Positions 39,077 to 49,300 of a DNA stretch of 64,000 bases are shown here, in pieces. Location of the stretch: contig CBDFLG010000002.1 of NCBI GenBank assembly GCA_965249065.1, positions 2,169,960 through 2,233,959 of the forward strand, given 5' to 3'. The notes under the pieces were generated by a model that was not told the origin of the DNA, made no database searches, and saw nothing but the letters and a program-made list of their open reading frames with translations. The number at the start of each line of letters is the position of its first letter. The first letter of the stretch is position 1. The position numbers were made by a program, and so were the translations under genes. This stretch comes from Dehalococcoidia bacterium (lineage in GTDB: Bacteria; Chloroflexota; Dehalococcoidia; Lucifugimonadales; UBA3495).

Positions 39077-39889
39077 TTATCTGCTCAGCGAAGCGAGAAA
39101 CTTGCGTATTTGCTGGGCGCACCACTCCGGGTGGATGGCGTTGATGCCGTGGCCTAGGCCGGGATAGACCACCAACCTTGAGTCCGGCAACTGCTCGGCC
39201 ATAAACCGCTGTTGCTCCAGGGTCGAGGTGGGCGATTCCTCTCCCACCAAGAGGAGCGTAGGGGTTTCGACCTCCTTCAAATAGGGGCTGAAGTCCAGCG
39301 TATCGAGGTACCCCTGGAGGCTCCGTCCGATGGAGGAAGAAGTCCGGTCCATTTCGGAGATGTACCACTCTTTGAGTCCCTCCGGCGCAACCCGGGTGTC
39401 CAGCCGGTTGTCGATGGTGGCTGTGGACCAGGCTCCCACACTCTGGCTCAGGGCGGCGTCCCAGTCCCCTCCCCTGCCGGAACGCTCCCTGCGAGGCAAG
39501 CGGCAGGGAGTGTTGCACAGCACCAGCGCCCGGGTCCGCTGGGGGTATTTGTGGGCGAAATTCAGCCCGAGGATGCCTCCGAAAGATTCTCCCACATACA
39601 TCACTTCCTCTATCCCCAGATGATCCAGAATGATTCGCAGGTCTTCGACGAAGATATCCAGAGAAGGTTCGTATTGCTCCTCGGCGATGATGGACTCGCC
39701 CATTCCCCTCATGTCGGGACGCAGGATGCGGAATTCACGGGACAGCAGGGGTACCCAGTTGTACCAGAACTTGCCGCTCCGGGAGAACCCGTGCTGCAAC
39801 AGCATTGTCGGCGCGGACCGCCACGGGTCGGTGAAATCGTCGTCGAAATAGTGGAGTTCCACTCCGGGGCCGACGCCCAAAAAGGCCAT
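39077..39889 (-). CDS. alpha/beta hydrolase
   Basis: QHGF, DMRGMGES, GESFGG, GLGH. Confidence 0.88.
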   Translation of the reverse strand: MAFLGVGPGVELHYFDDDFTDPWRSAPTMLLQHGFSRSGKFWYNWVPLLSREFRILRPDMRGMGESIIAEEQYEPSLDIFVEDLRIILDHLGIEEVMYVGESFGGILGLNFAHKYPQRTRALVLCNTPCRLPRRERSGRGGDWDAALSQSVGAWSTATIDNRLDTRVAPEGLKEWYISEMDRTSSSIGRSLQGYLDTLDFSPYLKEVETPTLLLVGEESPTSTLEQQRFMAEQLPDSRLVVYPGLGHGINAIHPEWCAQQIRKFLASLSR

Positions 39890-39974
39890 GGCTGCGCCTC
39901 CAAAGCATTAGTGTCCCGTCTAAGGGGACAATAGGTTAAATCCTTCCGGCAGCACCGTAACCAAGACAGGTACG

Positions 39975-40427
39975 TCAGGTGGAAGGGCCGTAGCCGTGGA
40001 GCTGGGCCCACTTCAGGCCCTTGGAATCATGTGCTACTTCGACAGTTTCGCCTTTTGAGTCTCTCAACCCCAAGGGATGCTGCACCAATTCGATCATGTT
40101 CCCATCAGGGTCATGTATGTAGGTGGAGTGACCGCCGCTGTACCCTCGAACCGATGGCGGAGAATACGGGACTTCGAGCGCGTCGAGGTTGGCTATCATC
40201 TCGTCCCAGTCGTGGATCTCCAGCGCAAAATGCCCCGATGGATTGGGGTTTGGCGTATGAGTGCTGTGGATTTCCCCGCTCCCGATTCGCAACTGCAACT
40301 GCCGTTGGTTCAATTCCGGGCCACGGTCCAGAAATTCCGCGCCCAGGACTTTCTCAAACCACTCGCGGGTCCGCTCTTTATCGCTGATCTGGATATTGAT
40401 GTGCTGGATCATCGTAACTCTGGACAT
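39975..40427 (-). CDS. VOC/glyoxalase family protein
   Basis: IQHINI, HFALE, HDPDGNMIELV. Confidence 0.85.
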   Translation of the reverse strand: MSRVTMIQHINIQISDKERTREWFEKVLGAEFLDRGPELNQRQLQLRIGSGEIHSTHTPNPNPSGHFALEIHDWDEMIANLDALEVPYSPPSVRGYSGGHSTYIHDPDGNMIELVQHPLGLRDSKGETVEVAHDSKGLKWAQLHGYGPST

Positions 40428-40479
40428 CGCTTACCTCCTCTCGACCTCGTGTATTTTGTGTCCGCCTTGGCTTCGAACT

Positions 40480-41928
40480 CTAGACCCGGCGCAGCAGTTC
40501 CTCTTCCAGGCGGTCGGCGTCGAAGGCTTGGGCTGCCTCAGCGACCTGGGCGTCTACCTCCCGCACCATCCGATCGGCTTCCGTTTCTTCCAGGGCTTGG
40601 GGGAGTTCCTCTTCCCGCTCCCTGCGGCGCTGCACGTCGCGGGCATGCTCCACGAAGAGCCGGCGCATGGCCACCACGACCGAATCGGTCGACGACAGAT
40701 ACTCGGTAGAAGCATATTGAACGTACTTCTCGGCGTCGTAGTCCTGGTTTCGAAAGTTGAAGTTCAGCTCCCAATTCCGGTAAGGCCAGGTCAAGCCGCT
40801 CCATAACCTTCGGGCAATGCCGGGGCGTCTGGCGTACCGTTCCACGTTCAGGTACACCATTCGCGTGAGATTGGCTTCCACTGGCACTGCCCAGCGGGTG
40901 CTGCGGAAGAACTCGTTGTTGCCCCCGGTCCGGGACATTCCCGGAAGCCTGGTCCCGTTCCACTCGTTAACGTCGGGACTGTCAGCCTGCCTGGGTTGCA
41001 GCCGGCCGGGCATCTGGCCCCGTCGGCGGGCCCGCCAGTCATAGAACCAGGTCCATAGCAATCGCCACCGGTGAAGGGGCCAAACTCCGTCCACGCCGGG
41101 ATAGTACATCTGGTATGGGACCACGCCGTTCTCGTCTTCGTAGTACTTTTCCACGTGGGACTTGCCTTCGCCCGGACGGTAATGGACAGTCTTTTCCTTG
41201 ACCAGGGTCACCCGGTATCCCAAGGGAGTCCTGGGGCGGCCGCCCAGGCGGCTCTTCAGGATGCGCAGCGAATTGCGATGCACCATGAAGGCATTGTGGG
41301 CGTCCATGGTGTTCTCCAGCACCAGGACCCAGTTGCAGTCGAACATCGTGAAAGATGGCCGGAAGATGCTGTGCTGTTCAAACATTTCCGGCGGAATGTC
41401 CTCTTCGGGAGCAACCGGCTCGCCGTCTCCCATCCAGACGAACACCATCCCCTTGATGTTGACCGTAGGGAACTTGCGGGCCCGCATACCCGGAGCCCCG
41501 GCCATCTTGGAGTCGGGGCCCTCGGTAAGGAACGCCACGCATTCGCCTTCACCGTCAAAGGTGGCGCCGTGGTACGGGCAGGTCAGGAACCCTTTGAAAT
41601 AGCAGCGCCCCATCGACAGATAGACCGAGCGGTGCGGACACTGATCCAGGAGGGCCTGCACCTCTCCGTCCCTGTCGCGGAAGAAGACCAGGTCAGTGCC
41701 CAGCATCCGCAGCACCTCGGGCCGGTCCTTCTTGACGTCCTTGACCGGCAGGGCCGGGTACCAGTATTCCCGGTACCCGGTGGGGGGAATACGGCTGCGG
41801 CGGTCCTGGGGGTCGGCGGGTACTTCAAAAGGAGGAGGGCCGTCGGTGGCCTGGGTCCCCCGCCGCATATGCTTGTAGCCTCCGGGATAGCCGGATAACA
41901 GTCTCGGCAAAAGCTTTCCGAGCCCCAT
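40480..41928 (-). CDS. Rieske non-heme iron oxygenase alpha subunit
   Basis: EYWYP, CPHR...CPYHG, NWVLVLENTMD..H. Confidence 0.9.
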   Translation of the reverse strand: MGLGKLLPRLLSGYPGGYKHMRRGTQATDGPPPFEVPADPQDRRSRIPPTGYREYWYPALPVKDVKKDRPEVLRMLGTDLVFFRDRDGEVQALLDQCPHRSVYLSMGRCYFKGFLTCPYHGATFDGEGECVAFLTEGPDSKMAGAPGMRARKFPTVNIKGMVFVWMGDGEPVAPEEDIPPEMFEQHSIFRPSFTMFDCNWVLVLENTMDAHNAFMVHRNSLRILKSRLGGRPRTPLGYRVTLVKEKTVHYRPGEGKSHVEKYYEDENGVVPYQMYYPGVDGVWPLHRWRLLWTWFYDWRARRRGQMPGRLQPRQADSPDVNEWNGTRLPGMSRTGGNNEFFRSTRWAVPVEANLTRMVYLNVERYARRPGIARRLWSGLTWPYRNWELNFNFRNQDYDAEKYVQYASTEYLSSTDSVVVAMRRLFVEHARDVQRRREREEELPQALEETEADRMVREVDAQVAEAAQAFDADRLEEELLRRV

Positions 41929-41967
41929 CGGTCGTCTCCCTAAATGGTGTTCTTGCCGTTGCTGTCG

Positions 41968-42525
41968 CTAAATGGGCAGCGCTTCTTCGGTGCGGCCCTC
42001 CGGCAGCTCAACGCCGAAGGCGTTGACGTTGAAGGCCAGCATGGCGTAGCAACCCATCAGCGTTGCCAACTCGGTGGCGCCGTTGACCCCGAATTGCGCC
42101 ACCACCGCGTCGAATGATTCTTGGCTGACGCGACGGGTCCGGAAAAATTCGCGTCCGAAGTTGACTGCCGCCAGCTCGTCCTCTGCGAGATCAGGCAGTT
42201 CCTTCTTGTCCCGAAGGGCATCGACGATCCCGTCGCGCAGGCCCTCGCGCCGCGCCGGCGGTGCGTGGGCGTTCCAGATGAACTGGCAATCGTTCTCCCG
42301 GGCGGCCAGCAGCATCGCCAACTCCCGGATGCGGGGCGAAAGCGACGTCGCAGTGCGGAGATAGGCGGCCAGGCCGAGGGCGCGCTGGGCGGCCTCAGGG
42401 GCGTTGAGCATGACGGACCCGGGGCCAGTGGCCGGCACTTCCCCCCGGTCGGCCACGAAGGCATCGAAGGCTTCGCGCTCTCGTTCGGGCACGGATTCCC
42501 TGGTGACTGCGGGTGTTCTGGCCAT
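41968..42525 (-). CDS. carboxymuconolactone decarboxylase/AhpD-like protein
   Basis: LSPRIRELAMLLAARE..CQFIWNAH. Confidence 0.8.
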   Translation of the reverse strand: MARTPAVTRESVPEREREAFDAFVADRGEVPATGPGSVMLNAPEAAQRALGLAAYLRTATSLSPRIRELAMLLAARENDCQFIWNAHAPPARREGLRDGIVDALRDKKELPDLAEDELAAVNFGREFFRTRRVSQESFDAVVAQFGVNGATELATLMGCYAMLAFNVNAFGVELPEGRTEEALPI

Positions 42526-42857
42526 GCTTGCCTCCCTCATTGCGGATTCTATGAAGGTATTGTATTGCGCTAGTCAAACTTCGCCAGAACTACAGCGCAG
42601 CATATTCCAGAAACGCCGAGTGCCGGCAGCAGAAGGGACGAGATTGGTTGGGCCAACGCGAGACTGGGTATGGGCCGTGGGGCCGAAGGCCACCTAGCCG
42701 ACGGTCAAGGCGCTGACCTGAACTCCGAAAACCGGCCCAGGGTGAATGCTAGTCTCCGGGGATGTAAGGGTGCGTTGCCAGTGGGAATCAGGTCGGTTTC
42801 AGCATTTCGAACATCAGGTGTGCCATCGCCCACGAGCGGAAAATTCAAGACCCCGGC

Positions 42858-43059
42858 CAGTGGACATCGTCGCGTATGCGTGCTTCACCAGGATGGCACG
42901 CCGGAATGCTGGGGAGATGACAGCGCCGGCCAAGCCTCGCCTCCATCCGGTGAAAGGCTGGCGTCCATAGCTGCCGGACTCTTCCAGACCTGCGGCCTTC
43001 GTCAAGATGGGACTCCGGTGTGTTGGGGAGCCGGGTATTCGGCGTCTCCGCTTGGCTGA
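42858..43059 (+). pseudogene. RCC1/BLIP-II repeat protein fragment
   Basis: CVLHQDGTPECWG and CGLRQDGTPVCWG repeats; no start. Confidence 0.65.
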
Positions 43060-43117
43060 TTGCGCCCATTCAGCCCAAGGCAGACCGGAAAACCTCCCGG
43101 CGCAGGGCCTTGAAAAG

Positions 43118-43154
43118 TTCCCTCTCCCGCCGGGGGAGGGTTAGGGTGGGGGCG
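43118..43154. repeat. REP-like hairpin repeat
   Basis: TTCCCTCTCCCGCCGGGGGAGGGTTAGGGTGGGG. Confidence 0.7.
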
Positions 43155-43356
43155 TCCACCGGAGGGACGGCAGTCCGCTGACATGCAGAGCGCCGCCGTC
43201 GCGACAGTCCTCTGCGCCCTGCGAAGAGGAACCCCAAAGCCCCCTGGAAACAAGCCCAACACAGGTTGAGAGGAACAGGCGTCTGCTGTACTATCTCTCC
43301 AACACCCTGCCGCGCCAAGCGCGAAGGCGACAATCCAGCAACCAACTGGAGTCATC

Positions 43357-43796
43357 ATGCCCGGCGTCAGCCCCGTCCCGGACGGCTACACCGCCATCAC
43401 TCCCTACTTGATCGTCGAGAACGCCGCCGGATTCATCGACTTCCTCACCAAAGCCTTCGGAGCCGTCGAGCGCCTGCGAATGCCCATGCCCCAAGGCGGC
43501 ATCGGCCACGCCGAGGTTGAGTCGACGGCACCGCCCTGATGCTCGCCGACACCGCGCCCGGCTTCCCTGTAACCAGCGCCCTAATCCACCTGTACGTCCC
43601 CGACGTCGATACCGTCTACGCCCAGGCAATCAGCGCCTGCGCCACCTCAATAGCCGAGCCTACCGGCCAGTTCTACGGCGACCGCCTAGCCCGAGTCGCC
43701 GACCCTCACGGCAACCAATGGTCCATCTACACCCACATCGAAGACGTAGCCCCGGAGGAAATGATGCAGCGCCTCGCCGCCATGGGCGAGGGTTAG
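43357..43796 (+). pseudogene. VOC/PhnB-like protein with one frameshift
   Basis: PDGYTAITPYL...HAEV / HLYVPDVD...FYGDR..DPHGNQW; one base missing near 43521. Confidence 0.85.
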
Positions 43797-43929
43797 CCCA
43801 CACCCTCATTCCTTGCCATTCCCCGGCTCGCCTGGCTCCCAAGAGCTCCGGTGGCACCCGTCAATCCTCTGAACAAGTCCGTAGCGACGTGGCATGGTAA
43901 GGATGAACCAGCCTATTCCTGCGGGGGTG

Positions 43930-44528
43930 GAGCATCTCTCCTGGGCCGGCGTTCTTCCAGAGCGCGCTTTTCGGCGGCCTCGCGGGCTCTGCGCTCGGCC
44001 TCGCGGGCTCTGCGCTCCCTGGTAATCATTACGTAGTTTCGGGGGCGCTTTCTTCAGAGCCGTTCTGACGCGCTTCGAGCTCTTCGATACGGGCAAGCAA
44101 TCGCCTGCGCTCTTCTGCGGCCTCAGCTATCTTGACGTCCTTTTCGTCGGCCCTTTGCCGTTCTTGGTCGGCCCTCGCGCGTTCTTCAGAGCGCGTTTTT
44201 CGGCGGCCTCACGGGCTCTGCGTTCGGCCTCGCGGGCTTTGCGTTCCCTGGTAATCATTGCGTAACTCCAGAGGCCCCCTCCACCGCCGCCCACTACGGC
44301 GTGAGTGACCATTTTGTTCAGGGCGTCGATGTTGATGTACAGAGCAACCCGTCCCGGGTTGCAGCCGGTGGTTTGCGCCAGTTCCGGCGGGCAGGTAGTA
44401 CTCGTAAGATATCAAACTACCCAGGTCCCCGCAATTGCTATGAGAGCGAACAGAACCGGAAGGCGCAGTATTTCCCAGTAGTCGCGGAAGGTCAGCGGGC
44501 CGTCGTAGGGCGGAAAGGGTTCGGACAT
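43930..44528 (-). pseudogene. membrane-anchored coiled-coil protein with internal stop and duplicated segment
   Basis: MSEPFPPYDGP...WVV*YL...WSYAMITRERKAREAERRA; YxMITRERxAREAERRAREAAEKRAL occurs twice. Confidence 0.55.
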
Positions 44529-44571
44529 ATCGGCGTTACTCCAGGTTTTCGGGCGGCAGAGGACTTCCTTA

Positions 44572-45418
44572 GAGGGTGTGTGAAAAGCAATCAAGCTGGT
44601 TTGAGCCGCCGGAGCATCAGATGAATCATGGCAACTTGTATCCAAGCTTCACCGGTTTCCGTCAGAGCTTCGTAGTCTTTGCTCAGCCGTCGGCACCGGC
44701 CCAGCCAGGCCAGAGTGCGTTCCACCACCCATCTTCGGGGCAACACCTCAAAGCGGTGGCTCTCTCTGGGACGCCGGACAATCGCCAGGGTCCAGCCGGT
44801 AACGGCATGGACCCAGTCAACCAACTTTCCAGCATGGCCGCCATCGGCCCAGACCAAGCTCAGCCGGGGAAACCGGCCGGCCAACTTGTTGATAACCAGC
44901 TTGGCCCCGTCCCGGTCCTGGATATTGGCCGGATGCACCACCACTGCCAGCAGCAATCCCAGGGTGTCTACCACGATATGACGCTTGCGCCCCCACACTT
45001 TCTTGCCGGCGTCGTAGCCGCGAGGCCCCCTTTTCCCGTGGTCTTCACCGATTGGCTGTCAATAATGGCGGCGGCAGGACTGGTTTGCCGTCCCGCCGCC
45101 TCTTGGACCCTGGGCCGCAGGGCCTCGTGGATCTGTTCCCACACGCCGTCCTGCCGCCAGTGGCGAAAGTACCACCATACGGTCCCTCAGGGCGGGAGGT
45201 CATGGGGCAGCATACACTAGGAGCAACCGCTGCGCAGGACGTACAGGATGCCATTGATCACTTCCCGCAGTTCCACGGTGCGCGGATGCCCCCCAGGCTT
45301 GGCAGGAGGCAGCATTGGCGCCGACTCTTCCCATTGGGCGTCGGTCAGGTCGGTGGGATAAGGTTTTCTGCTCATGTCCCAGACTACCATAACTCCAACG
45401 GGCTTTTCACACACCCTC
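44572..45418 (-). mobile_element. IS5-family element, decayed transposase
   Basis: 17-bp TIR GAGGGTGTGTGAAAAGC with TA on both sides; YPTDLTDAQW, GRKRHIVVDTLG, RWVVERT; Trp-to-stop changes. Confidence 0.9.
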
Positions 45419-45880
45419 TAAGCGGATGCCACGGCCACCAGCAGTTGGTCGGGGACATCGGTTGCGTCCAGGAGTTCTTGAAGGCGGTCGTATTTCTCTT
45501 TGGTGAACCATTGAATGGCTATGCTGTGCCGTTCCTGTTCTTCCGTTGTGCGTTGCGTTGCCAGTTGCCTGATTTCTTGTCTCGCCTCTAGGTTGATGAA
45601 AGTGTCCATGACTTGGTTTACCTGTCGGAGGTGATCCTCGGTAAATCCTCACTCGCTGGACTCCATATATATCAGGTGTTCGTCAAAGTGGGTGTTGATG
45701 AGGGCATTGAGCCTGTAGCGGACTGCGTTGGCCGGGGTGAGTTCACCGTGTGTGTTTCCGTGCCGGCGCTGGAACCCATTGGCCCAAGGCAGGCCGGTCG
45801 AAGTTTCTAACGGCTTCATGCTTTATCTTTTTGCTGTTGCGTTTCATGGGCAGTGGCTCTCTCGCTTCGGTGTTGACCAT
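45419..45880 (-). pseudogene. hypothetical protein remnant
   Basis: Frame ...LIYMESSE*GFTEDHLRQVNQVMDTFINLE... with an in-frame TGA. Confidence 0.35.
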
Positions 45881-46336
45881 TATGCTTGTGTCACGTTGGT
45901 ATTTCCACGTGCTTGGCGGCGCGCCGGGGTAGTTGGTTCTGCAACCTCGTTGGTGAGGCGCGCGGCCGCCCCGCACCTGTCGGCGGCGCGGGCCGATCAG
46001 CTCAACCGGAAGGCGAGGCGCTCATGCTGCCCGCTGGGACTGCATGGGCAGACCGCGCGGGTGACCGCTCTTACACTACTTGACAGAACGTGAACCATGT
46101 GTTTTGGGTTACCGCAAATGTTATGGTCAACTAACCCTGATGCAAGCAGGACACAAGAACAGGCAGCCGCCGCTACTGCGAGGCAAAAGGAGGGCGTCCC
46201 GTAGGGGATGCAGGGCCAGTGCCCCGACCCAGCAATCTGATTGCATGGCTGGCACACACACAGACTCCTGACCCGTCTTCCGGGAGAAGAGGAGCGACAT
46301 GATGGCCACAAGCAATCACCACCCCCCGACCATCCC

Positions 46337-49300
46337 ATGCCTGAAGCTCCACCAAGGTGGAAGCCTCTCCTCACCCCGGCGCTCCTGATCGCTGTTTTGC
46401 TGGCGGCCCTGCTGACCGTCGGGCTCTGGACGCCTGACCTCGCCAGCGCCGAGGCCAACAACCCGCCGCTCATCGGCGGCGACCCCAGCGTGACGATAAC
46501 GGTGGCCGAGAACACCACCGGCAAGATCGGCGGCGCGTTCACCGCCACCGACAAGGATGCTGACGACACCATCACCTGGAGCGTGACCGGCTCAGCCGCC
46601 TTCACCATCAGCAGGGGCCAACTGTCGCTGGCCAGCGGCGCCACCCTCGACTATGAGACGCAGAGCGCCTACAGCCTCACGGTGACCGCCAGCGACGGCA
46701 ACGGCGGAACCGACAGCGTGGCCGTGAAAGTGGCGGTGACCGACGTGAAGGAGCCGCCCGCCGCTCCCCCTGCCCCGCCGCCCGCCGCCACGAACAACGC
46801 GCCGGTCATCGGCGCCCTGCCCACGGACTTGACCATCGCCGAGTACACCACCGGCAACGTGGGCAGCGCGTTCACCGCCACCGATGGGGATGGCGACGCC
46901 ATCTCTTGGGGCGTGGGCGGGACCGCTGGGCATAAGTTCAACATCAGCAGTGCTGGGCAGTTGTCGGTGGGGGTGGCCACAGGCTTCAGCTACGAGTGGG
47001 CGCCCACCCGCAGCCTCACGGTGACGGCCAGCGACGGGACGGATTCCGACAGCGTCGCCGTGACAGTGACGGTGACCGAAGTGGAGGAGCCGCCAGACCT
47101 TCCCAGCGCGAGCAGCGCTCACGACCCGCCGGTCATCGGCGGTGCCGACACCGCGACGATAACGGTGGCCGAGAACACCACCGGCAACATCGGCGGCGCG
47201 TTCAGCGCCACCGATCAGAATGGCGACACCATCACCTGGAGCGTGGGCGGGACCGACGACACCTCCTTCGACATCAGCGGGGGCCAACTGTCGCTGGCCA
47301 GCGGCGTCACCCTCGACTATGAGACCAAGACATCCTACTCCATCACGGTGATTGCCAGCGACGGCACGTCCAGCGATGACGACAGCGTCGCCGTGACGGT
47401 GACGGTGACCGACGACGACACCGAGGCACCCGGCAAACCCGATACGCCGACGGTGGCCGCTTGGTCCACCACCAAGCTGCGGGTGACGTGGACCGCGCCC
47501 GCCAACAGCGGCCCGGCCATCACCGACTACGACGTGCAGTACCGCGAGAAGAACACGACGCCGCTGGCGACATGGGCCAGCCATGACCACACCGGCATCG
47601 CCACCCTCCTCTCCACCATCACCGGCCTGACCACGGACACCGAATACGAAGTGCAGGTGCGGGCCACCAACGGCGAGGGCACCGGCGCCTGGTCGGACAG
47701 TGCGACGGAACGCCGGTCAACACTGCGCCGTTCATCGTTAGCCAAGGAAATGCTTTCTTTAACCCGGACCCGGAGTTCCCAGTCGTAGAGAACTACGCCC
47801 TTGCCACCACATACGCAGTCGTCGCAATGAAGGGTCTCGATACGGATGGGGATACGTTCACCCTAGCCCTGTCCGGCGCCAACGCCTCCTCCTTCAATAT
47901 GGTCCTCTCGTCATCCGGTAAGGTAGCCAGCGTGTTTGTCAACGAGACGACTGTTCTGGACTATGAATCGAGCAAGACCAAGTACTCGCTCACGATGACT
48001 GCAACGGACACAAACTCGGCCGCCGCGCGCACCCTCGACTTTTCCATCGTGGTAACCGATGAATTGGAGCCGCCCGCGGCCCCCGCAGCGCCGCAGGTCA
48101 CCACGACCACCAGCGCCGCCACCAGCATGAGCCTGAGCTGGAGCGCGCCGGACAACACCGGCCCGGCCATCAACGACTACGACGTGCAGTACCGCGAGAA
48201 GGACGCAAGCCCGGAGGCGACGTGGAGCAGCCTCACCCACATCGGCACAACCACCACCGCCAGCATCACCGGCCTGACCGACGCCACGACCTACGAGGTG
48301 CAGGTGCGGGCCAAGAACCCCGAGGGCACGGGGGCCTGGTCGGCCAGCGGTACGGGCACCCCCGGCACGGCCTCGGCCCCCCACGGCGCCGGTATTCGAC
48401 CCGGCAACGGTGAGCATTGACGTGTACGACGTCACCCCCGGCGGGGCCATATTCGGCGCGCCGGTGACGGTCACCGACGCCGACGCCGGCGACACGCTGA
48501 GCTACGCGCTGAGCGGCACGGACGCGTCGAAATTCACCATCGATTCAGCGACCGGCCAGCTCTCCCTTGCACGCCGATACGGTTCTGGACGCTGAGACCA
48601 CGGCTTTGTACTCCATCACCGTGACCGCCACCGACGATGACCCCTCACCGAAAACCGCGACGGCGACGGTGAACGTCCTGGGGACCTGCGGCGGCGTCTG
48701 GTGCGCCACGATGACGGCCGGCTTTTCGACCCCGGTGGTCGGGTACCAACCTCCTACCGATCTGCTCCCTGACGGTATCGGCTCGCTGTTGCCGAGCCCC
48801 GTCTTTGAATATGGCGGCACGACCTACACCGTGACGCGTCTCGGGCGGAGATCGAGTGAAGTTGGGGAACGGGGTACGCGGACCCTGGAGTTCCAGGTCA
48901 AGCCCAATAGCACGGCTACTGGGAGCTTTCCGGTCCTGGGGCTTCGGTACCACTACGCGGATTACGATGACAACCGGGACCTGGCATTTGTCAGCGCGTA
49001 CTCGCGGCAGGATGCCTTTGTTCCGTACGTATGGCGCTTCCATATCATTTGGGGATACGGCACGGAGGTGGGCACCGTCCATGAGGTGGAACTCATCGAG
49101 GGGCCGTTCATCGACGGCAAGACCTATGTCCAGTTGTGGGACCACTACGAGAACATAACGACCGTCCTGCACGATTTCCTGGCGTGATCCCCGACGACGA
49201 CACCCACACCTGGGGCGTGAGCGGAACGGATGCCGCGTTCTTCAAGATAGTCACCGACACGGCCAACGCGGCCAACGACGGCAAGCTGTACGTGGCCGAT

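Noticed and set aside
44412-45655. In-frame TGA codons as stop-codon recoding
   Set aside because: Many intact genes end in TGA, and TAG also replaces Trp in IS5; ordinary decay fits better
46170-46260. c-di-GMP riboswitch upstream of the adhesin
   Set aside because: Hairpins are present but the GAAA tetraloop and GACGCAAAG core are missing
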